Source: Candidatus Omnitrophota bacterium
Lineage (GTDB): Bacteria; Omnitrophota; Gorgyraeia; Zapsychrales; Fredricksoniimonadaceae
Direction: 5' to 3'
Assembly (NCBI GenBank): GCA_903901225.1
Contig: CAIUQE010000003.1
Coordinates: forward strand, 23,461-87,460
Length of the DNA stretch: 64,000 bases
Position numbers and translations under genes: made by a program. Shown in pieces: positions 26,583-36,086 of the stretch (position 1 is the first letter of the stretch; every line of letters begins with the position of its first letter). Under the pieces are notes generated by a model, which was not told the DNA's origin, searched no databases, and was given only the letters and a program-made list of their open reading frames with translations.

Positions 26583-29300
26583 CTATTGACCTCCCGGCCG
26601 GACATACCTTTCCCAGAGATCCTGAAATTTGGCCAAGTCAATTTGGTAAGTCGGCTGCTTTCTGCCGCCAACCGTCCCCTGCTTTGAAACAACACCAACT
26701 TTCTTTAACTTCTTCGTAAGCGCATTGGACGTCTCCAGCGATTCAAAAGATTCCTGCTTCTGAAAATAACTCAGCACCTCAGGAACCATAAATATCTGAA
26801 CGGCGCCTTTGACATCGCTAGGGCGAATATCTTCATCATCAAACATCGCCTTCAAAACGGTCAGAACCTTGTAGGTTTCATTCTCCGTGACGCTATCTGC
26901 GTGCTTTTCCTCAAACGCCATCTCACTCCAAGCAGACATGGTAGCAGTCACCTTTAAGGTCGGATCTTCATCGTCTACCTGGTTGGCTATCAATAAAATC
27001 GGCCTCCATATGTCAAGTTCCCGGTTATTAAGATGCGCCATCCCTTGAATGCCATCAGCCCCGCTCTTCTGATAACGGTCTGACAATGCCTTGGCGTAGG
27101 TCAGGGCAAAGACATATAGATCATCCCTAATGCTCTGCTGATACTTGCCGTTCTCCTCTGTATCCATATATGTATCGACATCTTCATCCTCTTTCTTACG
27201 CAATAAATTGATCCGAACGGTGCGATCCTGAAGGACATTATCAATATCACTAATCCCCGCGAACATCTTCGGAGAGTATGCGCTATATGATTTGACAACA
27301 AATTTACCATCACCGGTTGACTCACACCGCTTCACGACGCCGCTCTTACAGAACCCGGCTTTCAGAATGCTTCCAAGAGCCGCCTGGACGCTCTTATCTT
27401 TCTCTGTAACCTTCTCAAATTCATCGATGAACATCGATGTCAGATTGTTTTCTATGTCCCTGTAAAGCACCGCCTCTGTCGGGCTGGTAATAACATCACC
27501 ATTAAAAGCCAGGCCCGCGATTATTTCCATCGTCAGTGACTTGCCGGATCCTTTTTCAGCGTTGATCCACACATATGGAAAATAGCGAAACAGCATAAAG
27601 ACATAAGTCCCCATGACCCACAAGACGATATATTGCAAGTGCGCGCCTGCCGGGAACTTGATAAACCGTTTAACATAATTGTAAATCTTCTTATAAATGT
27701 CCGCCGCCTTAACCTGATACCGACCGCTCACAAAATCATCGATACCTTTTCCAGAGAACCGAACCGTGTCGACAGTGTCGTGCTTAAGAATAAGCCCTTG
27801 GCTCTTGGCATCATCAAATGTAAATATATCTCGGTCGGACGTAATAAGGCACAAAGTACCCTGCGCCTTTACGGTAAAAACCATCCTGCCATCAGCGTAG
27901 TCCTGCGCCGGATGAACCATAGCATGGTCCTGTTCTTCCCGCACTCTCTCGAGTAGCTCTTCCTTACTGATGGATTTCGGCGCATCGGACTGCTTGTCCT
28001 GCTTATCCTCTTTGCGATAACCGTTCAAAACTTTCTCGTAGCTCTTCAACTCGTTTTCTTTAAGCCCAAAATGATCTTTAATAACATGCCGCAAGATTGC
28101 ATCGCCCTGTGCGATATTGTGACCAGCGATCGCTTGGAGTATTGGGTCAAGTACTCCCGGAAGCAGAATTTTGTCTGTATCAGCCGCTATCGTCTGAATT
28201 AGCGCTTTGAGTTCGTTTAATTCATTATCAGAAAGGGCCTCGCCTACCTGGCCTGAAGCCCTCATCGTTACCTTTGACCTGGCCTTCTTAATAGAATAAT
28301 CCAAGTACGCATCACCCTGCTCGCGGTACTTAGCTCCGATTGCGTATTCCTTGAAGATCTTCCTGATGTCTTCATCCATCAAGCCAACTTTTACAAGCTC
28401 ACGCAGGACATAGAAGTCTGCTTCGCTCCTTGAGTCAAAATGATCTTCAGCTGTCTTGCCTACCCTGATCAAGTGTTTAGCGCTTTCGGGTATCTTCAAG
28501 TCCTCTATCTTGAACGCGCGGGAACCCTTTTCATCGGAATCGTCCTTTGTTTTTTGCGCACCTTCTTGCCCGTTTTGGGAAGATGTCCCCGACGTAAACT
28601 GTGTGTTCTGTCCTGCTTGAAGTAGTTGTATATTCCTGCTAACCTCTTCAGGAAGAATCAGCTCAAAATCATCCAGGCAGTATCGTCTATTAGGCTCAAA
28701 CCTCAGCATCACAACATCTTTCACCGCATCCTTAATTTTATAGTTCTTTGTTCCAGGCGGCCGAAGGATTCTGGGCAAATCAGAAACCGTATCTCCTCCG
28801 ATATGAACTTCGATAGCCTTCAGAATCTTCTTCACGTAAGCCGGATCTTTTATCTCAAGCGGCTCCTTTAACAGCCAAATCGGGTACACTCCATGTCCTG
28901 ATGAAACAATAATCGACGGCTTTAACGGGAACGCCTCTATTGCTGCGAGGGCCTCTTCCAGAGTCTTATGTTTCGGTTTCTTCTTGTGGCCAACCTCTCC
29001 ATAATCAACGTCGCTCCATAAGCACACCAGATATTTGATGCTTTCTACGGTTCCGACTCCGTGTATCTCCCGTGGACACATACCAACATAAAAGTTACTT
29101 GCTGACCTGTAATTGATAACACTGTCGATATCTTTGTGAAACTTTGGCTTTACGCTCCCGCCGCTAAAGATCTCCCGCGTCTCAATATATCCACCATGAA
29201 CATCAAGATAATCGGCAAACATTGCGTGCAGAAAATCTTTCCTTATTGACTTTGCTTCTTCAGAATTATCATCCATTCGTACTCCCACGCTTTTACGCAT
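26583..29300 (-). CDS. replication primase-helicase (Prim-Pol-like N-terminal domain plus D5/P4-type SF3 helicase)
   Basis: N-terminal DxD (LVCLWSDVDYGE) and SSGHGVYPIWLL, which is primase-polymerase-like. Central Walker A NAEKGSGKSLT and Walker B TSMFIDEFEKV, which are P4/D5 helicase-like. The start could be the ATG at 29300 or at 29276 (SD GGGAG). Confidence 0.5.
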   Translation of the reverse strand: MRKSVGVRMDDNSEEAKSIRKDFLHAMFADYLDVHGGYIETREIFSGGSVKPKFHKDIDSVINYRSASNFYVGMCPREIHGVGTVESIKYLVCLWSDVDYGEVGHKKKPKHKTLEEALAAIEAFPLKPSIIVSSGHGVYPIWLLKEPLEIKDPAYVKKILKAIEVHIGGDTVSDLPRILRPPGTKNYKIKDAVKDVVMLRFEPNRRYCLDDFELILPEEVSRNIQLLQAGQNTQFTSGTSSQNGQEGAQKTKDDSDEKGSRAFKIEDLKIPESAKHLIRVGKTAEDHFDSRSEADFYVLRELVKVGLMDEDIRKIFKEYAIGAKYREQGDAYLDYSIKKARSKVTMRASGQVGEALSDNELNELKALIQTIAADTDKILLPGVLDPILQAIAGHNIAQGDAILRHVIKDHFGLKENELKSYEKVLNGYRKEDKQDKQSDAPKSISKEELLERVREEQDHAMVHPAQDYADGRMVFTVKAQGTLCLITSDRDIFTFDDAKSQGLILKHDTVDTVRFSGKGIDDFVSGRYQVKAADIYKKIYNYVKRFIKFPAGAHLQYIVLWVMGTYVFMLFRYFPYVWINAEKGSGKSLTMEIIAGLAFNGDVITSPTEAVLYRDIENNLTSMFIDEFEKVTEKDKSVQAALGSILKAGFCKSGVVKRCESTGDGKFVVKSYSAYSPKMFAGISDIDNVLQDRTVRINLLRKKEDEDVDTYMDTEENGKYQQSIRDDLYVFALTYAKALSDRYQKSGADGIQGMAHLNNRELDIWRPILLIANQVDDEDPTLKVTATMSAWSEMAFEEKHADSVTENETYKVLTVLKAMFDDEDIRPSDVKGAVQIFMVPEVLSYFQKQESFESLETSNALTKKLKKVGVVSKQGTVGGRKQPTYQIDLAKFQDLWERYVRPGGQ

Positions 29301-29388
29301 ACGTTTTTGCGATTCCGACCCCGCCTAGAAGGAAGAAATGAATCCTGTTTCCATTCCAATGCCTAGCTGATACAACTCGCCCTCATAG

Positions 29389-29619
29389 CTACGCACCCGC
29401 GGCTCTTTCACACACCACCCGTTTGATTCTGATTGCTTTGGGTCGCCCCATCCGGTCCAGACCAAGCTCAAACTCAACTATCATCCCGGTCTCCGGTGTG
29501 AATCCCTCGCAATCATTGATGTGAATGAAAATCTCGCGATTGTCTTGGTCTAAAACCAGAAACCCGAGATGTTTACCCGCGTGATACCATTTGATCGTCC
29601 CACGCATATTTTTGGTCAT
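29389..29619 (-). CDS. cold-shock domain protein (CspA family)
   Basis: RNP1-like GTIKWYHAGKHLGFLV and RNP2-like EIFIHI. About 70 aa. Confidence 0.6.
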   Translation of the reverse strand: MTKNMRGTIKWYHAGKHLGFLVLDQDNREIFIHINDCEGFTPETGMIVEFELGLDRMGRPKAIRIKRVVCERAAGA

Positions 29620-29908
29620 ACTTTCACTTCTCCTTCAACCTGGATCGCGGTCACCAAAAAGCCTTGCGATATGTCGATAAAACCCGGCATCAAAAGGACC
29701 AACCTCTTGTTTCAAGTACTTTAAAATTTTCCACTATGATTCCACTTGAGTTGTATTACGGCGGGTAAGTCGTGGGAAAGTAAGGTAAGATCAAATAAAT
29801 CCGTAAATCCTTAAAAAATATGGAGTTTACGCGTAACTTGAAGTACTATAATTCGTTGCGGGAAAAGGGTTCAAAGGAATCCCTCCTTCCGCACCATTGC
29901 CTTACCTC

Positions 29909-29958
29909 AAAAGAGCCAAGAACCTTCTACCCGTATGGGAGAAGGTTCTTGGCTTTTT
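29909..29958. terminator. strong bidirectional hairpin (terminator-like) at the island edge
   Basis: AAAAGAGCCAAGAACCTTCT - acccgtatggg - AGAAGGTTCTTGGCTTTTT: perfect ~17-bp stem flanked by A4 and T5. Confidence 0.45.
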
Positions 29959-29990
29959 ATCTGAGAAAGGCAATGGTGCCCTAACGAGGC
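29928..29990. repeat. 63-bp perfect direct repeat, copy 1 (att-like)
   Basis: TACCCGTATGGGAGAAGGTTCTTGGCTTTTTATCTGAGAAAGGCAATGGTGCCCTAACGAGGC is identical to 30079..30141. Confidence 0.6.
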
Positions 29991-30078
29991 TCCGTCCGAG
30001 TTAGGGCCAAAATAATAAAAAAACGCCCTGAGGCTCCGCCCGAACCAGAGCCAAAAAATATTTATACCTGGGATACCT

Positions 30079-30141
30079 TACCCGTATGGGAGAAGGTTCT
30101 TGGCTTTTTATCTGAGAAAGGCAATGGTGCCCTAACGAGGC
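30079..30141. repeat. 63-bp perfect direct repeat, copy 2 (att-like), coincident with the GC-content transition
   Basis: Identical to 29928..29990. Flanks diverge immediately on both sides. Confidence 0.6.
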
Positions 30142-30274
30142 ACCGCCCGCGCAAGCGCGCCAGTTAATTCGGGCCACTTCAATCCAACAAAAACCCAACA
30201 CTTTCTATCGATATTCCCGCTTCAGATGATAATATTACTGAAGCCCTAGGACGCCCGGCAACCCGAGGAACATC

Positions 30275-31771
30275 ATGCGAACCGATGAAGAATTGAATTT
30301 ATTGATCAGATCCAAATATCCGGTCATTTTCTTCGAATCAGTCGATGAAAGTTATTCTCTTGAACAATTAAAAGAGATAGCGTCAGCTCTTGGCCTCGAC
30401 TACTTCCAATGGTCCCTGACGGAAGGCCTTATAAGGATCCCCGGTGCCGGTGCGTATTATCAAACAAAAGAACCCCCCAAAATGCTGGGAACGGTCTTGG
30501 AACTCATCAAAGCCCAGGCAACAGGCGACATCAAACCCGCCTTGCTCGTGTTAAAAGATTTCCACAAATACCTCGACGACGCCCTCACGCTGCGCTTGTT
30601 CAAGGATACGATCAACACGGCAAGGAATACAAGGACCACCCTGATCATCCTCTCCGCCGAATGCAAGATCCCCAAAGACATCGAGCAGGACTGCGCTCAT
30701 TTGCTCGGCGGATACCCCGGGGACAATGAGATCGAGAAATTAATACGGGCGACCATCGCGGACAGCTGGCAAACCAGATCAGAGATCGCGTTCAACCTCG
30801 ACCGCGATGACATGAAGAAAGTCGTGGCGGCATTGCGGGGATTAACGGCCCAGCAAATACGCAACGTCATCAACCAGTGCGTGATCAATGACAATATCCT
30901 GAGCATCCAGGACCTTGAGATCATCGAAGCCTTCAAGAAAAAGGTTTTTGACCAGGACGGGCTGCTTGAATTCTATATCACGGAAGACAAGAACAATATC
31001 GCCGGCTTTGAGAACCTGAAACTCTGGCTCTCCGAAAGAAAAACCTGCTTCAACCGGGCGGCTACGCCTTCTCTGCCCGCGCCCAAAGGTGTCCTGCTCA
31101 TGGGCATCCAGGGATGCGGCAAAAGCCTGGCTGTCAAAGCCATCGCCCGGGAACTTGGCCTCCCCTTATACCGGCTGGACCTGTCCAAACTTTACAGTAA
31201 ATATATCGGAGAATCTGAAGAGAACCTGCGGAAAGCACTCCTGACCGTTGAGAAACTGAGTCCTGCCTGTTTATGGATCGATGAGATCGAGAAAGGCTTT
31301 GCTTCTTCGGGCGGCGATATCGATGGCGGCGTCTCCCAAAGGATCCTCGGCACGTTCCTCACCTGGATGCAGGAGCATAACACGAGCAGCTTCCTTGCTG
31401 CGACGGCCAACAATGTGTACCAGCTGCCGCCTGAACTGCTGCGCAAAGGGCGATTCGATGAAGTCTTCTTTGTGGACCTCCCGGACAACCGGTCAAGAGA
31501 ACAACTGTTCAAGATCCATCTTCAAAAACGCAACCTTGATCCGGCGCATTTCGATATCAACCTGCTCGCGGGATCGACCCATGATTTTAGCGGCGCGGAA
31601 ATTGAACAGGCGGTCATATCCGCCCTTTACAGAGCTTCAAGCCATAACGAACCCCTTAACACGGATCATATCCTGGAACAGATCCGGACCACAAAACCAC
31701 TTGCAGTATTGAAATCAGAGGAAATAAACGGATTGCGGGCCTGGGCCAAAGACCGCACAAGGCGCGCCTGA
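30275..31771 (+). CDS. AAA-family ATPase with ~270-aa N-terminal domain of unknown function
   Basis: Classic AAA module: Walker A GVLLMGIQGCGKS, Walker B CLWIDEIEK, second region of homology (ATANNVYQLPPELLRKGRFD). SD GAGGAA 5 nt upstream of the ATG. Confidence 0.6.
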   Translation: MRTDEELNLLIRSKYPVIFFESVDESYSLEQLKEIASALGLDYFQWSLTEGLIRIPGAGAYYQTKEPPKMLGTVLELIKAQATGDIKPALLVLKDFHKYLDDALTLRLFKDTINTARNTRTTLIILSAECKIPKDIEQDCAHLLGGYPGDNEIEKLIRATIADSWQTRSEIAFNLDRDDMKKVVAALRGLTAQQIRNVINQCVINDNILSIQDLEIIEAFKKKVFDQDGLLEFYITEDKNNIAGFENLKLWLSERKTCFNRAATPSLPAPKGVLLMGIQGCGKSLAVKAIARELGLPLYRLDLSKLYSKYIGESEENLRKALLTVEKLSPACLWIDEIEKGFASSGGDIDGGVSQRILGTFLTWMQEHNTSSFLAATANNVYQLPPELLRKGRFDEVFFVDLPDNRSREQLFKIHLQKRNLDPAHFDINLLAGSTHDFSGAEIEQAVISALYRASSHNEPLNTDHILEQIRTTKPLAVLKSEEINGLRAWAKDRTRRA

Positions 31772-31804
31772 GATCCATTGACCCGCCGTTGAATGCCCGC
31801 GTCG

Positions 31805-33145
31805 CTACCCGATAACGATCTGATCTTTTCCCATGGCTTTGGCGCGGTAAAGCGCTTTATCAGCGGCCTCCATGAAGCGCGCCTGGTCCATTCCGTCTGT
31901 CCAATTGATTGCGCCACCTGACAGGGTTACCTTTTTCTTGAATTCTCCCCCGGCAATGATGGCTTTTAAACGATGCGCGACGATCTGAAGGCCGTCAGGT
32001 CCGGTTTCCGGCAGGAGGATAATGAATTCATCGCCGCCGAAACGGCACACGACATCTGATACGCGCACGGAACTCTTGAGGAGAATGGCCAGTTGTTGCA
32101 GCAAAATGTTGCCTGCAATATGGCCAAAAGTATCATTAAAAGATTTATAATCATCCACATCAAGGACCAGCAGCGCCAATTGCCTGCCATACCGTTTTAA
32201 GAGGTGGACCTCATAATCCAGGATCGTCATAAAATGACGGTAGTTGAACAAGCCGGTCAACGGATCAATATTGGCCTTGAATTTAAGGTCCTCTCTCTCA
32301 ATGACGCCAGCTATTTGGATAGCGATATTATTCACCAGGGTAACGTCGTCATCCTGGAGAGGCTCATCAATTATCCTGGAGCAGATGATGATACCGCCAA
32401 GGACATTCTCGTTGATAACAAGAGGGGCAAAGACCGCCGGCGATTGAAGGAACCGGAAGGCTTGTGTTATCTCGGGTGAAAAAGAGGTCAGCAATACCGC
32501 TTTCTTTACCCCCGGCAAAACACCAAGGGCTTCAAGGTTAACAGGGTAGCTTTTGTCCACATACAATGCCGGGTCGATCCCGCTCACGGCTTTAACGCTG
32601 ATCTGCCCCGAAACCTTATCAACCAGAACGATCACGCCGACCCGGGAAAATAAAGCGTCAGTCAACGTTTCCAGAATGTGCTGCAGAAGGCTGTCCAGCG
32701 AACGGTTCGCGGTAACTTCCTGGCTCACCTTATTCAGCACGGAGTGCAGGGTCCGCTTGGTCAACGCCAGACGTTCGACATCATTTTCGAGCTTCAACTT
32801 GATATTAGCGAATGTCTTTTTTAGGAGAAGGACCTCGTTATCTTCCAATAAATCTTTTTTATCCGGATCAGTGCGTATCAACGCCCCGATGTCTTCACGG
32901 CTCCTCATGATCGTGTTAATGAAAGAACTGAAAATGCCGCGAATAGACAAATAACCGGCACCAACACCGATGACAATAAGCGCTATGGCCGTTTGCAGAT
33001 TGTTGATACTGATCTCAACGTTCCCGATATCCGATATTTGGGCATACAGGAAGAACAGCAAAAGGAGGGGCGCAATGGAGACGATCAGGAAAATAATCGA
33101 GAATTTACGGATGACCGAGGAGCCTTCTAACGATTGATATTTCAT
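31805..33145 (-). CDS. membrane-anchored GAF-GGDEF diguanylate cyclase
   Basis: N-terminal TM helices. GGDEF active site RFGGDEFIILL and I-site-like region. C-terminal YRAKAMGKDQIV. Confidence 0.7.
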   Translation of the reverse strand: MKYQSLEGSSVIRKFSIIFLIVSIAPLLLLFFLYAQISDIGNVEISINNLQTAIALIVIGVGAGYLSIRGIFSSFINTIMRSREDIGALIRTDPDKKDLLEDNEVLLLKKTFANIKLKLENDVERLALTKRTLHSVLNKVSQEVTANRSLDSLLQHILETLTDALFSRVGVIVLVDKVSGQISVKAVSGIDPALYVDKSYPVNLEALGVLPGVKKAVLLTSFSPEITQAFRFLQSPAVFAPLVINENVLGGIIICSRIIDEPLQDDDVTLVNNIAIQIAGVIEREDLKFKANIDPLTGLFNYRHFMTILDYEVHLLKRYGRQLALLVLDVDDYKSFNDTFGHIAGNILLQQLAILLKSSVRVSDVVCRFGGDEFIILLPETGPDGLQIVAHRLKAIIAGGEFKKKVTLSGGAINWTDGMDQARFMEAADKALYRAKAMGKDQIVIG

Positions 33146-33177
33146 TCGGACCCTATCAAATAGAAGTTAGTGTTTTT

Positions 33178-33588
33178 TTATTTTCGGGACTGATCCCATG
33201 AGCAGGCCCGTTCCCTGAACACGATGAACTTGTACGCCAGGAACCTTAACGGGAATAAAGCCATGGCCGTCAACACGACGGCGAACAAATAATGCACACC
33301 CCAGCCAACGATCCCCCTGAAAACCAGGCTGCCGAGGCTGATAAAACAGCCGATATGGCATCCGAATTTCAGCACCGTCATCCAGGAATGATCGACCTTG
33401 AACAGATACTTCAAATTAAGGCAATATTCCGCCACATACGCCAGCGCGTAAACGATCACGAACGCGACCGTTTTGGGGATCCTCAGGAGATCCACGCCGA
33501 CATACATCAGTGCCAGGATAGATAAATATCCGCCGGCACTTATCAAACCATACTTGAACAACTGGATCACGCCCGTGCCTGATATCAT
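33178..33588 (-). CDS. GtrA-family membrane protein
   Basis: About 135 aa with 4 TM helices; MISGTGVIQLFKYGLISAGGYLSILAL is typical of the GtrA N-terminus. ORF trimmed to an internal ATG that abuts the upstream gene stop. Confidence 0.5.
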   Translation of the reverse strand: MISGTGVIQLFKYGLISAGGYLSILALMYVGVDLLRIPKTVAFVIVYALAYVAEYCLNLKYLFKVDHSWMTVLKFGCHIGCFISLGSLVFRGIVGWGVHYLFAVVLTAMALFPLRFLAYKFIVFRERACSWDQSRK

Positions 33589-33589
33589 G

Positions 33590-34105
33590 CTATTTCTCTT
33601 CAGCTCCGGACGGGCCCTGCGTTCCAGGCGATGCGATACGCCCGATGACCCGGGCAGGGACGCCGCCCGCGATGACGCCTTGCGGGATATCATGCACGAC
33701 CACGGATCCCGCCGCTATGACGGCGCCAGCGCCGATCCGGACAGGCTTGACGATCAACACGTTCATGCCGATAAAAACACCATCCTCGATATGCACATCA
33801 CCTTTTACATAATCCTGGTTCCCGTTCCCGGGGACAATAAAATGGTTCATGATCTTGGCGCCACTCGTTATCGTGACCCGCGCGCCGACATATGTCCTGG
33901 CGTGACGGATATTGTCAAAAAGAACATCGGCGCCTATAAAAACGGTCCCGGGGTCTTTGAACCTGTGCCCGCACCAGCCGAGCAGGACCGGCCTGGCCTG
34001 TGGCAGGACGAACCACATCCTGGTCATATGCACCAGGATGTATTTGAACCCGATAATGAAAAAATCAAATGAAAACCTGTTCCAGCTGGAATATGGTTTC
34101 GTCAA
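33590..34105 (-). CDS. hexapeptide-repeat (LbH) sugar O-acyltransferase
   Basis: Left-handed beta-helix repeats: VFIGMNVLIVKPVRIGAGAVIAAGSVVVHDIPQGVIAGGVPARVIG. Confidence 0.55.
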   Translation of the reverse strand: MTKPYSSWNRFSFDFFIIGFKYILVHMTRMWFVLPQARPVLLGWCGHRFKDPGTVFIGADVLFDNIRHARTYVGARVTITSGAKIMNHFIVPGNGNQDYVKGDVHIEDGVFIGMNVLIVKPVRIGAGAVIAAGSVVVHDIPQGVIAGGVPARVIGRIASPGTQGPSGAEEK

Positions 34106-34145
34106 TGTTCCATCCTTTCATCGGGCACGCAAATGATCGCGGCCA

Positions 34146-36068
34146 TCAAGCAAGTTTAGGGATATGTTCTATGGCCACCAGGGCTTCATCAAGGCTGAAT
34201 CCGACCAGATTGGCGTATTCCTGCATCGCGGCATAACGCGGCCTGTTCTCCTGCGCCACTAACGCCAGCGCGGCCTCCCGGGTGATCAAACCGGCCCGGA
34301 CCTGATTGCTGCGGAAGGTGTCGTGCTCCGAGAACCCGGCGACCGTATGGTAAATATAATTATAAAATGCCGCCGTGCCGTCGCCGATCCGCCATGTGCT
34401 GGCCGCGCCCGCGGAGCTTTCCCACCCGTAAAAGCCGGCCAGGGTCTTGTGAATGACCTCCTCATTCCAGTCGATATAACGGTACAGGTAAACAAAATCC
34501 TGCCTGTTAACATAAGTCGCGTAATAGGCGAACAACGTATCGAGCACGGAACGGTTCAAATAACGCGGATTAAGGATAAAATTCCTGGCGTAATAAGCCA
34601 AAAGCTGCAACTTGCCTTTCAGGTCAAGCCCCACCATGGTGTTATGGCTGCGGTCCTGGATACCGCAAAATCCTGTCTTGAACCGCGTGGTCTCCAGATT
34701 GTTGCCGCCGCAAAAGATCACAAGGGGCACGTTCGTCTGGCGGCTGACCTGGGATGCGTAATAAAAGAACTGCTTGTCCCCGGCCATGAACAAAGGGATC
34801 ATCCCCAGGTCGGGGCGATGAAGCCAGGCATCGATGTTCGCGCGGATATTGCGCCGCTTGGAAAGGATATCCGCCGAGCGGACAATATGCTCAACACCCA
34901 GTTCGGCGCAAACGCGGGAACAATTACGCCGGGCCTCGTCAGTGACCATGGCCCAGTCGTAGGTATAGGCGATGGGATTAAGCCCGAGTTCGCGCTTGAC
35001 CACGTGCAACCCGTAACAGCTGTCGCGCCCGCCGCTAAGAGCGACAATGCAATCAGGGCTGCCGTCCCGGCTGCGATATTGCCCGATCCGTTCTTCCAGC
35101 GACGCCTTATTATCCGTTTTCGCGGGGGCCGCCTCACGGCAGAAATTACAAACACCCTGTTCATCAAAACTGATGAACGGGAAAGTGTGCGGCAGGATAC
35201 AGCGCGCGCAACGGCGAAGTTCACCCTGCTTTGCCGAAACGTCGCATATGCCGCGGGCTCTGGAAAGCCTTGTTTCCGGCGCCCGATGGCCAGGGCCGTC
35301 TTTAAGGTTATAACGGTCCAGCGCGAGCGTTCCCGCGGCCACAACAAGCCCCTCCCCCGCCTTCAGCTGTTCGATCCTCTCCGGCGCGACACCGTCAAAG
35401 ACGCGGCTCTTTAAAACAAGCTCCAAAAGAAAATGTTTTTCAGAAGCGAACACGAATATTCCCGGCTTTTCGGCAAGGATGAAATACAGGGAACCGACAT
35501 TCGTCGCGAGGCCCAGCGCGGGCAGATCATCGCGCACGAACGCGATGTTCGCCTCTCCCAGCAACTGGCCATAGGTGCGCCGGACCGCAGCCTGGATGCC
35601 GGCGCCATCCGCATAGAATTTGTCGATCAGCCGGCAGATCACTTCAGAATCAACATGCGTCCTGCGTTCGATATCCGTGTGGGCCCGCCACAACTCCTGG
35701 TCATTGACAATGATCCCGTTATGCACCCCGACGACATGCCCGCCCTGCACCGGCTGGTTATTCTCCTGCATGCCCTGGATGCCGTTGGTAACCAGGCGGG
35801 AATGCCCGATCAGCGTGACCCCCGCGGCAACTGTTTTGGCCGTCAGTGTCCGGCTGATATAGTCCCTGAAGGAGGGATGGGCGGTCATTTTTGATGCGGA
35901 TTCGGCGCGCTTGTAAATTTCAATGGCATTATCGCCCGCGATCGCCAGGCCCGCGGCTTCGCTACCCCGGCTTTCCGAGAGGCGGAACAGCATGCTCATC
36001 ACAGACTTAACATGCTCTTCGCCCAAAGCCGTGCCGGGCTTTACCACAAATCCGAAGATCCCGCACAT
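34146..36068 (-). CDS. asparagine synthase (glutamine-hydrolysing) family amidotransferase
   Basis: N-terminal MCGIFGF (Ntn class II GATase) and PP-loop ALSGGRDSCYGL. 640 aa. Confidence 0.7.
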   Translation of the reverse strand: MCGIFGFVVKPGTALGEEHVKSVMSMLFRLSESRGSEAAGLAIAGDNAIEIYKRAESASKMTAHPSFRDYISRTLTAKTVAAGVTLIGHSRLVTNGIQGMQENNQPVQGGHVVGVHNGIIVNDQELWRAHTDIERRTHVDSEVICRLIDKFYADGAGIQAAVRRTYGQLLGEANIAFVRDDLPALGLATNVGSLYFILAEKPGIFVFASEKHFLLELVLKSRVFDGVAPERIEQLKAGEGLVVAAGTLALDRYNLKDGPGHRAPETRLSRARGICDVSAKQGELRRCARCILPHTFPFISFDEQGVCNFCREAAPAKTDNKASLEERIGQYRSRDGSPDCIVALSGGRDSCYGLHVVKRELGLNPIAYTYDWAMVTDEARRNCSRVCAELGVEHIVRSADILSKRRNIRANIDAWLHRPDLGMIPLFMAGDKQFFYYASQVSRQTNVPLVIFCGGNNLETTRFKTGFCGIQDRSHNTMVGLDLKGKLQLLAYYARNFILNPRYLNRSVLDTLFAYYATYVNRQDFVYLYRYIDWNEEVIHKTLAGFYGWESSAGAASTWRIGDGTAAFYNYIYHTVAGFSEHDTFRSNQVRAGLITREAALALVAQENRPRYAAMQEYANLVGFSLDEALVAIEHIPKLA

Positions 36069-36086
36069 ACGGACACCCTTGAAAGT

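Noticed and set aside
29928-30141. Possibility that the 63-bp repeats are a CRISPR array or tRNA-derived att sites.
   Set aside because: Only two copies with a 151-bp period, and no cas genes. No cloverleaf-compatible sequence (no GTTCRANYC T-loop box) within or next to the repeats. They are kept as att-like repeats of unknown target.
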